Origin: an uncultured Spirochaetales bacterium
Lineage (GTDB): Bacteria; Spirochaetota; Spirochaetia; CAZEKV01
Length of the DNA stretch: 50,073 nt
NCBI GenBank assembly: GCA_964512945.1
Contig: CAZEKV010000001.1
Location: 1-50,073, forward strand
Reading direction: 5' to 3'
Shown: in pieces, positions 1 to 10,004 of the stretch
How positions within the stretch are numbered: the stretch's first letter is position 1
Layout of the letters: every line of letters starts with the position of its first letter
Notes under the pieces: model-generated
What the model was told of the DNA's origin: nothing
What the model saw: only the letters and a program-made list of their open reading frames with translations
Database searches by the model: none
Translations under genes and position numbers: made by a program

Positions 1-955
1 TTGATCCGAATGCTATAACCGGATATTCCTTCAGCCAGTAGTATCGTAATTTCCAGAATTTATCCGATGTGTAGCGCCCGTTTTGTTCATATCCTCTGGC
101 TTCAAGCCATTCTTGAGTTGCAACTACCATCTTGAAAAGATCATTATCACTTACCACCAGTTCAGGATTTTCCTTACATTTGGCAATGGCCAGTGGATTT
201 ACAATCTCATGACGTATGTACTCGATAGCATCCGGGGATATCTTTCCCAGAATTTCCAGATCGTTTTTTACCGATTTAACCGTCTGTCCCGGGAGACCTA
301 TCATCATATCAATGTTGTGCGATATGCTATGTTTTTTTAGATTATTGATAATTTTATGAATAAGTTTTTCTTCATTGAATCTGTTACAGATTTTCTGCAC
401 TTCGGGGTCGAAGGTCTGACATCCCATACTGATTCTCGAAACACCCATGTCCTTCAGTTTTTTAATGCGGTTTTCATCGGATATTGTCTCAGGAAAGGCC
501 TCAATTGACAGATGGAGATCCTCTCCATGAGGGATAGCTGATTTTAATTTGTCAAAAACTAATTTTAGATCTTCATTGGAAAAGGTTGTCGGGGTTCCTC
601 CTCCAAAATATATACATTCTACAGTTTTATTATCAAACAGCCCTCTGTCGGAGAAAAGCGATATCTCTTTTAAGATATTTTCTATGTACTTTTTTTGTAT
701 CTCCTTATTTACCTTGTAGGGAAAAGAGTTGCAGAATGCACATTCCCTTACGCAAAAGGGGAAATGTACGTATACCAATATCTTTTCTTCGTTTTGCATG
801 CTGATTTTTACATTATCAATAAAGCCGTCTAGTTTTGATGGTGCGGCAAGTTCAAATTTATGGGGTAAAAAGATGTCAGGCTGACTCTTTGTATAGTTGG
901 TGGAACCGTAAAACAGTTCCCTCTGTATCCGACTTAGAATCTCGTTTTTTTCCAT
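1..955 (-). CDS. HemN-family radical SAM enzyme (oxygen-independent coproporphyrinogen III oxidase-like); C-terminus cut by the window edge
   Basis: Absent from the ORF track because it runs off the window. My minus-strand translation from ATG 955 (alternative ATG 1003) stays open to position 1. It reads ...ILVYVHFPFCVRECAFCN (CxxxCxxC), ...CIYFGGGTPTTF..., ...SMGCQTFD..., ...DMMIGLPGQT, which is the HemN/HemW motif order. The + strand ORFs 83..340 and 586..804 are antisense artefacts. Confidence 0.75.
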   Translation of the reverse strand, partial: MEKNEILSRIQRELFYGSTNYTKSQPDIFLPHKFELAAPSKLDGFIDNVKISMQNEEKILVYVHFPFCVRECAFCNSFPYKVNKEIQKKYIENILKEISLFSDRGLFDNKTVECIYFGGGTPTTFSNEDLKLVFDKLKSAIPHGEDLHLSIEAFPETISDENRIKKLKDMGVSRISMGCQTFDPEVQKICNRFNEEKLIHKIINNLKKHSISHNIDMMIGLPGQTVKSVKNDLEILGKISPDAIEYIRHEIVNPLAIAKCKENPELVVSDNDLFKMVVATQEWLEARGYEQNGRYTSDKFWKLRYYWLKEYPVIAFGS

Positions 956-1080
956 TGAATTGGGCTTCCTTTTTGTTTTAAAATCAAGAACCTGTACAAA
1001 CATGATTCATATGCTGAACGATAAAGAATCTATACTATTTTTGCTTGTTTTTCAATAACTAATGAATTAGAGTGTTCAAT

Positions 1081-2964
1081 ATGATAAAAAAACCTGAAAA
1101 ATTTGTCGACAACCCGGAATATTCAGGGATTCTGGAAAATATTAAAATGAATATTCTTTCTGAATCGGAAATAATTTTGTTTGAGAAGCTTGTAGAAGAA
1201 GATCAAGCCCATTTGTTTAAGGATTGGGATTCTCCCGGAAAAAATGACAGAGAGAAGAAAATCTTTTTTGATAAACTGTTAAGTATTGATGCTGTGTATC
1301 CCGGGGGGCTTGTTGAATATATAAGAAGATCGAGGGAATTGCTGGATAAGGCGGAAAATGGAGAAAATCCCTATGCCGGTTTTACTCCCGGGAAGCCCGA
1401 AACAATTAATTTGCTGGAACTCAATAATAAATATCTTGAATACGAAGAAATTGGGATGAGGCATCTCGATAAAATCGGGTTTGTTCTTGTCGCCGGGGGA
1501 ATGGGTGAGCGTCTCGGTTACCCCGGAATAAAGCTGGATATTCCCTTCGAATCCATCTGTCTTACGACCTACCTCGAATACTATTCGGCTTTTATAAAAA
1601 GCCTGGAACGAAGAGCGGGGGAGGGTTCCTCTATCCCCCTGATTATAATGACTTCGGAAAAAACAAATTCCAGGACAGTGGCTGTGTTAAAAGAAAACAA
1701 TAATTTTGGTCTGGAAGACAAACAGATTTTTATATTGCTCCAGAAACTTGTACCTGCTTTAAGTGATAATGAGGCTCATATTGCCCTGGAAGAGAAATAT
1801 GAGATCATTTATAAGCCTCATGGCCATGGAGATATCCATATGCTTATTCACTCAACGGGGACAGCAAAAAGGCTTTACGAAAAAGGAACCAGACACCTTG
1901 TTTTCTTTCAGGATACAAATGCACAGGCTCTTAATTCCGTGATCCCTGCGTTTGGTGTGTCTATTTTGAACAATTATGATTTCAATTCAATAGCCGTTCA
2001 AAGAATTCCGGGAGAGGCAGCCGGGGGCATCGCTTCTCTTAAAAAAGGGGGAATTACACAGACTGTTAATGTTGAATATAATCAGCTCGATTCGCTTTTG
2101 AGGGAGACAGTCTCTCCACGGGGGGATGTCGCAGATGAAACGGGGTATTCAATTTTTCCCGGGAATATAAATCTTCTGATTATTAAAATGGAATCATATT
2201 TAAAAATTCTCGAAAAAAGCGGAGGAATAATCTCAGAATTTGTTAATCCTAAATACCTTGACGAAAAGAGGAAGAAATTCAAAAAACCTGCAAGACTTGA
2301 GACAATGATGCAGGATTTGCCGAGGTTGTTCGGTTCTGCAGAGCGGGTTGGGGTAACCCTTTTTGAGAGGAGATGGTGTTTTTCGGCTAATAAAAACAAT
2401 ATGCGGGATGCCAGAGAAAAATATGAAAGTAAACGCCCCCCTGAGTCCGCTGCTTCGGCAGAATCCGATTTCTTTTATACGGGAAGAAAGAAATGCGAGT
2501 TTGCCGGAATGAAGGTTTACGGGGGAAGTAAAAAAATGATACAGGGTATTCCCTTTGTCAACGGCTCTATTGTCGTTCTATTCCCCTCTTTTGCTGTCAG
2601 TTTGAATGAGGTAAAGAAGAAAATAAAAGGCGGGACGATCGGAAAAGATTCTGTGCTCTTTTTAGACGGTGAAGGTATCAGGCTTGAAAATGTAAGCATA
2701 GCCGATTATTCCGCTCTTATCGTAAGATCTGTTCCCGGGGCGAGGGTTGCTATAAAAAATCTAACCATAAAAAACGAGGGTTTCAGACAGGTTCTTCTCT
2801 CTGAAGAGGATTTCAACAGCCCTGACATCCCCGAGTATTATAAAATAAGGGGTTATCGATTTAAAAACATTGGTGCTGAAATATATGAGTTTTCAGAACC
2901 TGGAGACTATGTTATTCACAAAACGGCAACAGGAGCCGATGGGTATAAGGACAACAACCGGTAG
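1081..2964 (+). CDS. UDP-sugar pyrophosphorylase (UDPGP family, plant/protist USP-like)
   Basis: Motifs GFVLVAGGMGERLGYPGIK, IIMTSEKT, KPHGHGDIH, VFFQDTN, VNVEYNQLD, FPGNIN, FVNPKY, RLETMMQD and a C-terminal IRGYRF. These align along the full length with my memory of Arabidopsis USP. ATG 1081 is preferred over GTG 1072. Confidence 0.8.
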   Translation: MIKKPEKFVDNPEYSGILENIKMNILSESEIILFEKLVEEDQAHLFKDWDSPGKNDREKKIFFDKLLSIDAVYPGGLVEYIRRSRELLDKAENGENPYAGFTPGKPETINLLELNNKYLEYEEIGMRHLDKIGFVLVAGGMGERLGYPGIKLDIPFESICLTTYLEYYSAFIKSLERRAGEGSSIPLIIMTSEKTNSRTVAVLKENNNFGLEDKQIFILLQKLVPALSDNEAHIALEEKYEIIYKPHGHGDIHMLIHSTGTAKRLYEKGTRHLVFFQDTNAQALNSVIPAFGVSILNNYDFNSIAVQRIPGEAAGGIASLKKGGITQTVNVEYNQLDSLLRETVSPRGDVADETGYSIFPGNINLLIIKMESYLKILEKSGGIISEFVNPKYLDEKRKKFKKPARLETMMQDLPRLFGSAERVGVTLFERRWCFSANKNNMRDAREKYESKRPPESAASAESDFFYTGRKKCEFAGMKVYGGSKKMIQGIPFVNGSIVVLFPSFAVSLNEVKKKIKGGTIGKDSVLFLDGEGIRLENVSIADYSALIVRSVPGARVAIKNLTIKNEGFRQVLLSEEDFNSPDIPEYYKIRGYRFKNIGAEIYEFSEPGDYVIHKTATGADGYKDNNR

Positions 2965-3080
2965 CTGGATTTCCCGGAGCCTGTTTGACATTTTATATCA
3001 TAATGGATAACATGCCGGGACTTTGTCCCGATCGTCTCAGATTGGTTAATTTTTTTCTGTATTAAAACGGGGGTGTGGGC

Positions 3081-4415
3081 GTGTATGATTTAATAGTTAT
3101 TGGTGCCGGACCAGGGGGTTCCATTGCCGCAGAAAGAGCGGGGGCAATGGGCAAGTCGGTATTGATAATCGAAAAAGGCTACCCCGGCGGGGTTTGCCTG
3201 AACAGTGGCTGTATCCCTACAAAGGCATTACTGAATTCTTCTAAAATTTATTTCAAAAGCAAGAATACCGTTCAATTTGGAGTTCATGCTGACAATGCTG
3301 AATTTAATTTGCAGGAAGCAATGGCCTGGAAGCTAAAAACAATAGAAATCCTGCGGAAGGGCGTTGCCTATCAGATGAAGCGTTTTGGCGTAGAGTTTAT
3401 TGAAGGCGAAGCCGTTATTAAATCTGATAATAGCATAATTGTAAATCAGGAGATTAAAAAGGCTCGTAATATACTTATTGCAACAGGTTCTTCTCCCGTC
3501 AGGCTCTCTATTCCGGGGATAGACAGCGGAAATGTTCTTACCAGTAAAGAGGCTCTTGAAATTACTGAGCTTCCCGGGAAAGTGGTTATCATTGGAGGCG
3601 GGGTTATAGGGATGGAATTCGCTTCCTTTTTTTCCAATCTTGGTATTGACGTTGATCTAATAGAAATACTTGGAGAAGTTCTGCCCTTTATGGAGCCGGA
3701 ATTCTCGAAACTGATGCGGCGGGGTATGAAAAGGGTAAAATTCCATACAGGATGCAGGGTTGAGAAGATTGAAGAGCACAGGGTTACTTTTTCCAGAGAA
3801 GGAAAGACCGAGTTTCTGAACAGTGATCTAATTCTAATGGCTGCAGGGAGAACTCCCAATGTAGAGGGGCTTGGTCTGGAAGACGGGGGGGTTGATTTTT
3901 CTTCAAAGGGCATTAATGTTAACAACAAGCTGCAGACGAATATTAGCGGTATTTATGCTGCGGGGGATGTTACAGGAAGGTCTTTTCTGGCTCATTCTGC
4001 TTCAAGGATGGGAGAAGTGGCCGTTAATGTTATGTTCGGGAAAGGGGATAGAATGGATTTTGATTCAATTCCCTGGGCGGTATATACACTCCCCGAGGCT
4101 GCAGGCTGCGGGCTTACAGAGGAAGAGGCGGTAAAAAAAGGACTGGATATAAAAACAGGGCTTATGCAAATGAGAGCAAATGGGCGTTTTCTTGCAGAGA
4201 ATGGCGTCTCTTCTCCGGGCATGTGTAAAGTTGTAGTTGATTCAGCATCCGGGAGGCTTATTGGCATTCATTTGCTTGGATCCTATAGCTCTGAGATAAT
4301 TGCTGCGGCATCTACCATTATAAAAAACAGAATGACAGTGGATAAGGTTAAACAAACGGTATTCCCCCACCCGTCTGTATCCGAGGTCATCAGGGATGTG
4401 TTGTTTGAGTTATGA
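3081..4415 (+). CDS. lpdA: dihydrolipoyl dehydrogenase (E3)
   Basis: N-terminal FAD fold DLIVIGAGPGG, redox disulfide GGVCLNSGCIPTK and a second dinucleotide fold VIIGGGVIGMEFA. GTG 3081 lies behind a GGGGG SD; the track start is 3075. Confidence 0.85.
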   Translation: MYDLIVIGAGPGGSIAAERAGAMGKSVLIIEKGYPGGVCLNSGCIPTKALLNSSKIYFKSKNTVQFGVHADNAEFNLQEAMAWKLKTIEILRKGVAYQMKRFGVEFIEGEAVIKSDNSIIVNQEIKKARNILIATGSSPVRLSIPGIDSGNVLTSKEALEITELPGKVVIIGGGVIGMEFASFFSNLGIDVDLIEILGEVLPFMEPEFSKLMRRGMKRVKFHTGCRVEKIEEHRVTFSREGKTEFLNSDLILMAAGRTPNVEGLGLEDGGVDFSSKGINVNNKLQTNISGIYAAGDVTGRSFLAHSASRMGEVAVNVMFGKGDRMDFDSIPWAVYTLPEAAGCGLTEEEAVKKGLDIKTGLMQMRANGRFLAENGVSSPGMCKVVVDSASGRLIGIHLLGSYSSEIIAAASTIIKNRMTVDKVKQTVFPHPSVSEVIRDVLFEL

Positions 4416-5101
4416 TACTGGAAATATGCGATGTTGGGACTATTCCGTATAAAAAAGCCCTTGAGCTCCAGTACGAATTGCTTCGGCGGCGCCAGAATAA
4501 CGAGATTAGCGATATTCTGCTGCTTGTAGAACATCCCCCGGTTATTACAAGAAGTTCCAGAGCAAAGAATGAACATATTATCGTATCAGATGCTGTTTTG
4601 AGAGAAGCCGGTATTTCTGTTGAAAAGACAAATCGGGGAGGAGAGGTCACGTATCATGGCCCCGGTCAGCTTGTTGGTTATATAATCTCGAATATTTTAA
4701 TCAAAGGTTTCAGGATAGTTGAGTTTGTTAATGCCATAGAAGAGGTGTTTATCACTATGCTCAGGGATGAATATAGTATTTCAGCTATGAGGAACAATAA
4801 AAACAGAGGGGTTTGGATTGGCAGTGAAAAAATAACTGCTATTGGGCTTGCGATCAAGAAGTCGGTGTCGATGCATGGATTTGCTTTCAATGTTAAAACG
4901 AATCTTGAGCATTTTAATTACATTATTCCATGCGGTATGTCGGGAAGGGGTGTTACGAGTCTTGAAAAAGTAACGGGTTGTTCCTTTTTAATGAAAGATG
5001 TGAAAGATAGAGTTATAGAATATTTTTTGAGGATTATGGGATATTCCGGCAAAAAATTTGTTGGATTAAATGATATCCATAATATGGATGAAAGGCAGTA
5101 A
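4412..5101 (+). CDS. lipB: octanoyltransferase (lipoyl(octanoyl) transferase)
   Basis: [18 protein letters not shown] and [11 protein letters not shown] motifs typical of LipB. ATGA overlap with the lpd stop codon. Confidence 0.85.
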   Translation: MILEICDVGTIPYKKALELQYELLRRRQNNEISDILLLVEHPPVITRSSRAKNEHIIVSDAVLREAGISVEKTNRGGEVTYHGPGQLVGYIISNILIKGFRIVEFVNAIEEVFITMLRDEYSISAMRNNKNRGVWIGSEKITAIGLAIKKSVSMHGFAFNVKTNLEHFNYIIPCGMSGRGVTSLEKVTGCSFLMKDVKDRVIEYFLRIMGYSGKKFVGLNDIHNMDERQ

Positions 5102-5112
5102 AGGAAAACTAT

Positions 5113-5961
5113 GTGGAGATAAAGCGAAAGCCGGACTGGCTTAGAATAAGAATAAGAAATGGAAAAAACCTGAATAAGGTCTCGGAGCTTCTGGAGAGTC
5201 TTTCTCTAAATACTGTTTGCAAAGAAGCAAACTGTCCGAATCGTATGGAGTGTTTCGACAAAAAAACAGCTACTTTTATGATACTTGGAAAAGTCTGCAG
5301 TCGCAGCTGCCGGTTTTGTAATATCAAGGGGGGTGTGTGCGATCCCGTTGATGTTTCCGAGCCGGAAAGCATCAGCGAGGCTGTAAAAATACTTGCTTTA
5401 CAGCATGTTGTTATAACCTCTGTCACAAGAGATGATCTTTCCGACGGAGGGGCTTTTCATTTCGCCGATGTTATAAATATGCTTAAGAAAAGTAATGCCG
5501 GCGTCAGGATAGAAGTGCTTATTCCGGATTTTCAGGGTAGAATGAAAAGTCTTCTAAAAGTAACAGATGCCTTTCCCGATATTATTAATCATAATGTTGA
5601 AACTGTTCCGTCATTGTACAAGGTTATACGCTCTGGCGCGGAATATGAGCGCTCTCTTGGTTTACTGTGTGCTGTAAAAGAAATCAATCCCGATATTAGA
5701 ACCAAATCAGGAATAATGCTTGGTCTCGGAGAAAAAGAAGAAGAGGTGCTCGGGGTGTTGAATGATCTTGCTGCTGCAGCCTGTGATGGGGTAACAATTG
5801 GACAGTATCTTGCGCCCTCAAAGGAACATCACCCTGTCGTTGAATATATTAGACCTGAGATGTTTGAGTATTACAAAAAAAAGGCTATGGATATGGGGCT
5901 GAAATATGTTGCATCCGCCCCCTTTGTCAGGAGTTCGTACAACGCAGCAGAAATGTTTTAG
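5113..5961 (+). CDS. lipA: lipoyl synthase
   Basis: Auxiliary cluster motif CKEANCPN..C and radical SAM motif CSRSCRFC. Length (282 aa) and the position after lipB both fit. Confidence 0.9.
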   Translation: MEIKRKPDWLRIRIRNGKNLNKVSELLESLSLNTVCKEANCPNRMECFDKKTATFMILGKVCSRSCRFCNIKGGVCDPVDVSEPESISEAVKILALQHVVITSVTRDDLSDGGAFHFADVINMLKKSNAGVRIEVLIPDFQGRMKSLLKVTDAFPDIINHNVETVPSLYKVIRSGAEYERSLGLLCAVKEINPDIRTKSGIMLGLGEKEEEVLGVLNDLAAAACDGVTIGQYLAPSKEHHPVVEYIRPEMFEYYKKKAMDMGLKYVASAPFVRSSYNAAEMF

Positions 5962-5968
5962 AAAGTAA

Positions 5969-6334
5969 TCATTTGCCGGAATCCGTTTTCCTTTTTTTGT
6001 GTTTCATTGATATAGATTTTATAAGTCTGGATGCGGCGTTAAAACCTATACATAATCCTGTAAGAGCCAGAAACCCCCCCGTAATTTTTATAAAAAGAAT
6101 AACGGGGGTTACTGTTTTATATTCAATTGACAGGGCAAATTTAGCAATTATTATCAGGGCTATACCGAGGATTATCTGTGTAATTTTCGAGTTCTTTGAT
6201 TTTATATCCCCGCAGGAGCTGCAAAAATCCGGTGTGCTCTCTGAAGTGCATTCTGTGCATTTATCCTGTTTCAATGTTTCCTCCCTTGTTATCAGGAACT
6301 GCCGACATGCAGATAAAATAAAATTTTGCAGCAT
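5969..6334 (-). CDS. hypothetical small Cys-rich membrane protein
   Basis: 121 aa. The N-terminal CTEC...CSSC pair is followed by two hydrophobic helices and a basic tail. Preferred over the overlapping + ORF 5973..6368 because its composition is membrane-protein-like. No family recognised. Confidence 0.4.
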   Translation of the reverse strand: MLQNFILSACRQFLITREETLKQDKCTECTSESTPDFCSSCGDIKSKNSKITQIILGIALIIIAKFALSIEYKTVTPVILFIKITGGFLALTGLCIGFNAASRLIKSISMKHKKRKTDSGK

Positions 6335-6624
6335 CGGGAGAACCTGCTTGTTACAATATAATCATTAGTATTGATTTAGTTAAGAAAAACTTTGTAACAA
6401 TCATCCGGGATGTTCAGGGTATACTTTCATTAAAAAAAATTCCATACCCCGAAAAACATATAGTCTGGTTTGAAAAAAGGATCTCAATGCTCATATCGCG
6501 GGGAAAAATATTGCTGAATTATTAACTAAAATGAAATATGTCTAAGGTTTTCCCGTTAAAACGTTGATAAAAAATTGAATTAAAGCTATATTCAACCTCC
6601 AAAATTGTTACATTAGGAAGAAAG

Positions 6625-8673
6625 ATGAATTCTGAAATATTGAAAAAAGCTTCTGACAATATGAGAGTTTTGTCAATCGCTATGGTTGAAAAAGCAAAGT
6701 CGGGGCATCCGGGGGGTGCCCTTGGGGGAATGGATTTTATTACGGTTCTTTTTTCAGAATTCCTATTTTTTGATCCTTCAGATATGACATGGCCCAACAG
6801 GGACCGCTTTTTCCTGGATCCCGGGCATATGTCTCCTATGCTCTATTCTATTCTTTCCATGTTCGGTTGTTTTTCTATGGATGATCTGTCTCAATTCAGG
6901 CAGCTGGGCAGTCCGACCCCCGGGCATCCGGAGGTAAATTTTGAAAGGGGTATTGAGAATACCTCCGGCCCCCTGGGTCAGGGGCATGCTATGGCTCTTG
7001 GAGCTGCGATAGCTGAACGTTTTCTTTCGGCCCGTTTTGGGGATTGGATGTCTCATAAAATTTATACTTTCATATCAGATGGGGGTGTTCAGGAGGGGAT
7101 TTCCCAGTGCACGGGGAGACTGGCCGGGCATCTTGGTCTTTCCAATCTTATAATGTTTTACGATTCGAACAGCATACAGCTTTCTACGGAAACCAGACTG
7201 GTTTCATCCGAGGATACAGCAAAAAAGTATGAAGCCTGGGGTTGGAAGGTTGTCACCATAAACGGAAATGATTTTGATGAAATACGTTCGGCTCTCAGGG
7301 CAGCCAACGAAGAAAAAGAGAGGCCCTTTTTGATTATTGGTAAAACAATAATGGGGAAGGGGCTTGTTGCGGAGGACGGCAGGAGTTTTGAAGAAAAAAT
7401 TGCCACACATGGAATGCCGATAAGCAAGGCAGGAGCCTCTGTTAAAAAATCAATCGAGAATCTCGGGGGCGATCCTGATGTGCCGTTTAAAATTCTGCCG
7501 GAAGTTGCTGCTTTCTTTAAAAAGGTGAGAGCTTCAAAAACAACGGCTGTCAGGGAAAGAAAAGAAAGAGAGGCGGAATGGGTCGAAAAAAATCCCGAAC
7601 AGGCAGAGAGATTGCAAAAATTCCTCTCAATGGAATTGCCCAAAATTGATTATGCCTCCATTAAGCATGATCCGAATATTCCTTCCAGAAATGCTTCAGG
7701 GAATATCCTTGCCCATTTTTCAGGAAAGATAGAAAACATGATAGTTGCCTCGGCGGATTTATCCAACAGCGATAAAACAGAGGGCTTTTTGAAGAATACA
7801 AAACCCTTTGAAAAAGGTGATTTTTCGGGGGCTTTTTTGCATGCCGGAGTTTCGGAATTATCGATGGCGGCAATTATTAATGGTATGGCTCTCCACGGGG
7901 GAGTAATTTCCGCCTGCGGTACATTCTTTGTTTTTTCAGATTATATGAAGCCTGCTATTAGAATGTCCGCTCTTATGGAGTTGCCGGTAAAGTATATCTG
8001 GTCCCATGATGCCTTTCGTGTAGGTGAAGACGGCCCAACTCACCAGCCAATAGAGCAGGAAGCCCAGATAAGGCTTCTGGAGAAAGTCAGGAATCATTCT
8101 GGCAGAAGGAGTCTTCTGGTTTTAAGACCTGCCGATTCAATGGAGACTAATGTGGCATGGGAGATGGCTATGGAGAATACTAAAACTCCAACAGCCTTAA
8201 TATTTTCCAGGCAGAATATCAAGGATATTCCGGCCAGACCCGGCTCAACCAGAGAAGAAGATGCCCGGGGGGCAAAACGCGGGGCTTACATAGTTAAGGG
8301 CTGCGAAGGCCGGCCGGAGATTATCCTGGTAGGGAACGGCTCGGAGGTCAGCACCCTCTATGACGGCGGGAAGCTTCTTATGGAAAGAAATGGAATCCGG
8401 GTGAGGATAGTCTCGGTAATTTCCGATGGGCTTTTTTTTGATCAGGAGGAATCCTACAGGGATAGTGTATTATCCTATGATATTCCCATAATGGGTTTAA
8501 CAGCCGGCCTTTCGGTTGTCCTCGAGAAATTTGTCGGTCTTAGAGGAAAGATCCTTGGGCTTAATGAGTTTGGCTATTCGGCTCCTTTTAAAGTGCTTGA
8601 TGAAAAATTCGGCTTTACACCCGAGAATGTTTTCGCTGAGGCTGTGAAATACCTGTCTGAGTTTTACAAATGA
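6625..8673 (+). CDS. tkt: transketolase
   Basis: SGHPGGALG TPP motif, GPLGQG and GEDGPTHQPIEQ; 682 aa. Confidence 0.9.
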   Translation: MNSEILKKASDNMRVLSIAMVEKAKSGHPGGALGGMDFITVLFSEFLFFDPSDMTWPNRDRFFLDPGHMSPMLYSILSMFGCFSMDDLSQFRQLGSPTPGHPEVNFERGIENTSGPLGQGHAMALGAAIAERFLSARFGDWMSHKIYTFISDGGVQEGISQCTGRLAGHLGLSNLIMFYDSNSIQLSTETRLVSSEDTAKKYEAWGWKVVTINGNDFDEIRSALRAANEEKERPFLIIGKTIMGKGLVAEDGRSFEEKIATHGMPISKAGASVKKSIENLGGDPDVPFKILPEVAAFFKKVRASKTTAVRERKEREAEWVEKNPEQAERLQKFLSMELPKIDYASIKHDPNIPSRNASGNILAHFSGKIENMIVASADLSNSDKTEGFLKNTKPFEKGDFSGAFLHAGVSELSMAAIINGMALHGGVISACGTFFVFSDYMKPAIRMSALMELPVKYIWSHDAFRVGEDGPTHQPIEQEAQIRLLEKVRNHSGRRSLLVLRPADSMETNVAWEMAMENTKTPTALIFSRQNIKDIPARPGSTREEDARGAKRGAYIVKGCEGRPEIILVGNGSEVSTLYDGGKLLMERNGIRVRIVSVISDGLFFDQEESYRDSVLSYDIPIMGLTAGLSVVLEKFVGLRGKILGLNEFGYSAPFKVLDEKFGFTPENVFAEAVKYLSEFYK

Positions 8674-8701
8674 TCTCCGTTTCTATGTCTTCGTATAACT
8701 T

Positions 8702-8720
8702 GCCGGAATCGGTTTCCGGC
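8702..8720 (+). terminator. candidate stem-loop after tkt (GCCGGAA-tcggt-TTCCGGC)
   Basis: A 7-bp GC-rich stem seen directly. The T8 run (8739-8746) lies about 18 nt downstream, not adjacent, so this is not a textbook intrinsic terminator. Confidence 0.3.
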
Positions 8721-8816
8721 TCTCCCCTGTCCTGACGGTTTTTTTTGCCCCTGCTATTGCTTTATTGTATTACCTTAATTAAGATTAAGATAAAACAATA
8801 TACGGGAAGGGCTTTT

Positions 8817-9425
8817 ATGGATGTTCAGCTAAAAGAACTCATCGAAAAAATTAAAACCGAGGGTGTGGAATCTGCGGAAAAAGATGCCTCAGAGATAATT
8901 AGTGATGCAAAAAGAAAAGGCGATGCTATTATTGCCGGGGCGAAGAAGAGGGCGGATGAGATTATCGCAAAGGCAGAAAAAGAGGCTGAAAATCTTTCTT
9001 TTACCGGCAAAGAGTCTCTGCGACAGGCAGCCAGGGATCTCGTTCTTGAACTGAAGTCAAGGGTTGAGAGAATTTTTAAGAAAATAATTGAAAACGAAAC
9101 AGGAAATGTGTTGTCAGAAGAGGTTCTGGCAGAGGGGATTGCGTCTATTTTAAAATCATGGGGAAACAATGGTGTTTCCGATCTTGAGGTACTCCTGCCT
9201 CCCGATACCCTGAAAAAATTTGAAGATGGCTTTAAGGCAAGACTTTCCGCTGAGATAAAAAAGGGTGTTGAAATAAAACCTTTCCCCGACATGGAAGCCG
9301 GATTCAGGATCTCTTTCAAGGATGGCTCTGCGTATTATGATTTCTCGGCCGGGAGTATTGCCCGGATTATATACAGATATCTCAGCCCTTCTCTCGCTGA
9401 GATTCTGAAAGAAGAAGGGCAGTAG
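8817..9425 (+). CDS. atpE: V-type ATP synthase subunit E
   Basis: Charged coiled-coil N-terminus (KELIEKIKTEGVESAEKDASEII..KRKGDAII..AKKRADEII) and first position in the V-ATPase operon. ATG 8817 is preferred over the extended track start 8745. Confidence 0.75.
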   Translation: MDVQLKELIEKIKTEGVESAEKDASEIISDAKRKGDAIIAGAKKRADEIIAKAEKEAENLSFTGKESLRQAARDLVLELKSRVERIFKKIIENETGNVLSEEVLAEGIASILKSWGNNGVSDLEVLLPPDTLKKFEDGFKARLSAEIKKGVEIKPFPDMEAGFRISFKDGSAYYDFSAGSIARIIYRYLSPSLAEILKEEGQ

Positions 9426-9427
9426 AA

Positions 9428-9988
9428 TTGGCACAATACTATTATGTGGTTTCAAGTTTACCGCTTATTTTCTATGACAGCAAGGTGAAGATCGGGATTG
9501 ATGATTTTCTTGAAGTTTGCAAAAATCATCTTTCCGGGGACGATTTTGAACTTCTGGAATTTTCTGATCTAAAAAATATTAAAAAAAGGGATACGGATTG
9601 TGATTTTCTTAAAAAGTGGTACTCGTGGGAGCTTTCGCTCAGGAACGAGCTTGTAAAACTCAGAGCCGGTAGCCCCGAGGAAGCGGAGAAATATCTGGTA
9701 GAAGTTCCGGTTATATCAGGACTCCAGGCTCTCGCACTCAGAGCCTTCGAAGAGGATTCTCCCCTCAATGGTGAGGATATTCTGGGAAGGGCAAGATGGG
9801 CGGTTCTTGATGAGCTCGAAACCGGTCATTATTTTGATATTGAAAAATTGATATCGTTCTATCTGAAACTTCAAATACTGAAAAGGAAAAACAGCTTTAG
9901 GCGGGAAGAGGGTTTTGCCCGGTATAAAGAGATATATAAAATAATTACTGAAAAAAAATCAGAAGAGCCGGCAGCTTTGACGGTATAG
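9428..9988 (+). CDS. DUF2764-like V-ATPase operon protein (occupies the subunit C slot)
   Basis: N-terminus (M)AQYYYVVSSLPLI matches my recollection of DUF2764, which sits between E and A in Bacteroidota/spirochaete-type operons. TTG start directly after the atpE stop. Confidence 0.55.
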   Translation: MAQYYYVVSSLPLIFYDSKVKIGIDDFLEVCKNHLSGDDFELLEFSDLKNIKKRDTDCDFLKKWYSWELSLRNELVKLRAGSPEEAEKYLVEVPVISGLQALALRAFEEDSPLNGEDILGRARWAVLDELETGHYFDIEKLISFYLKLQILKRKNSFRREEGFARYKEIYKIITEKKSEEPAALTV

Positions 9989-10004
9989 AACTGGAGAATG
10001 TAAT

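Noticed and set aside
83-804. Plus-strand ORFs 83..340 and 586..804 from the supplied track
   Set aside because: Both are antisense to a continuous minus-strand reading frame with clear HemN-family radical SAM motifs. Their translations are low-complexity and Phe/Ile/Arg-rich, with no start-site context.
8745-8816. Extended N-termini offered by the ORF track (atpE from 8745, hutU from 23283, methyltransferase from 34804, ankyrin protein from 44564, fabG from 20174, ftcD from 25101)
   Set aside because: In each case an internal ATG or TTG with a proper SD gives an N-terminus matching the family or a clean signal peptide. The extensions are hydrophobic junk or overlap the upstream gene.
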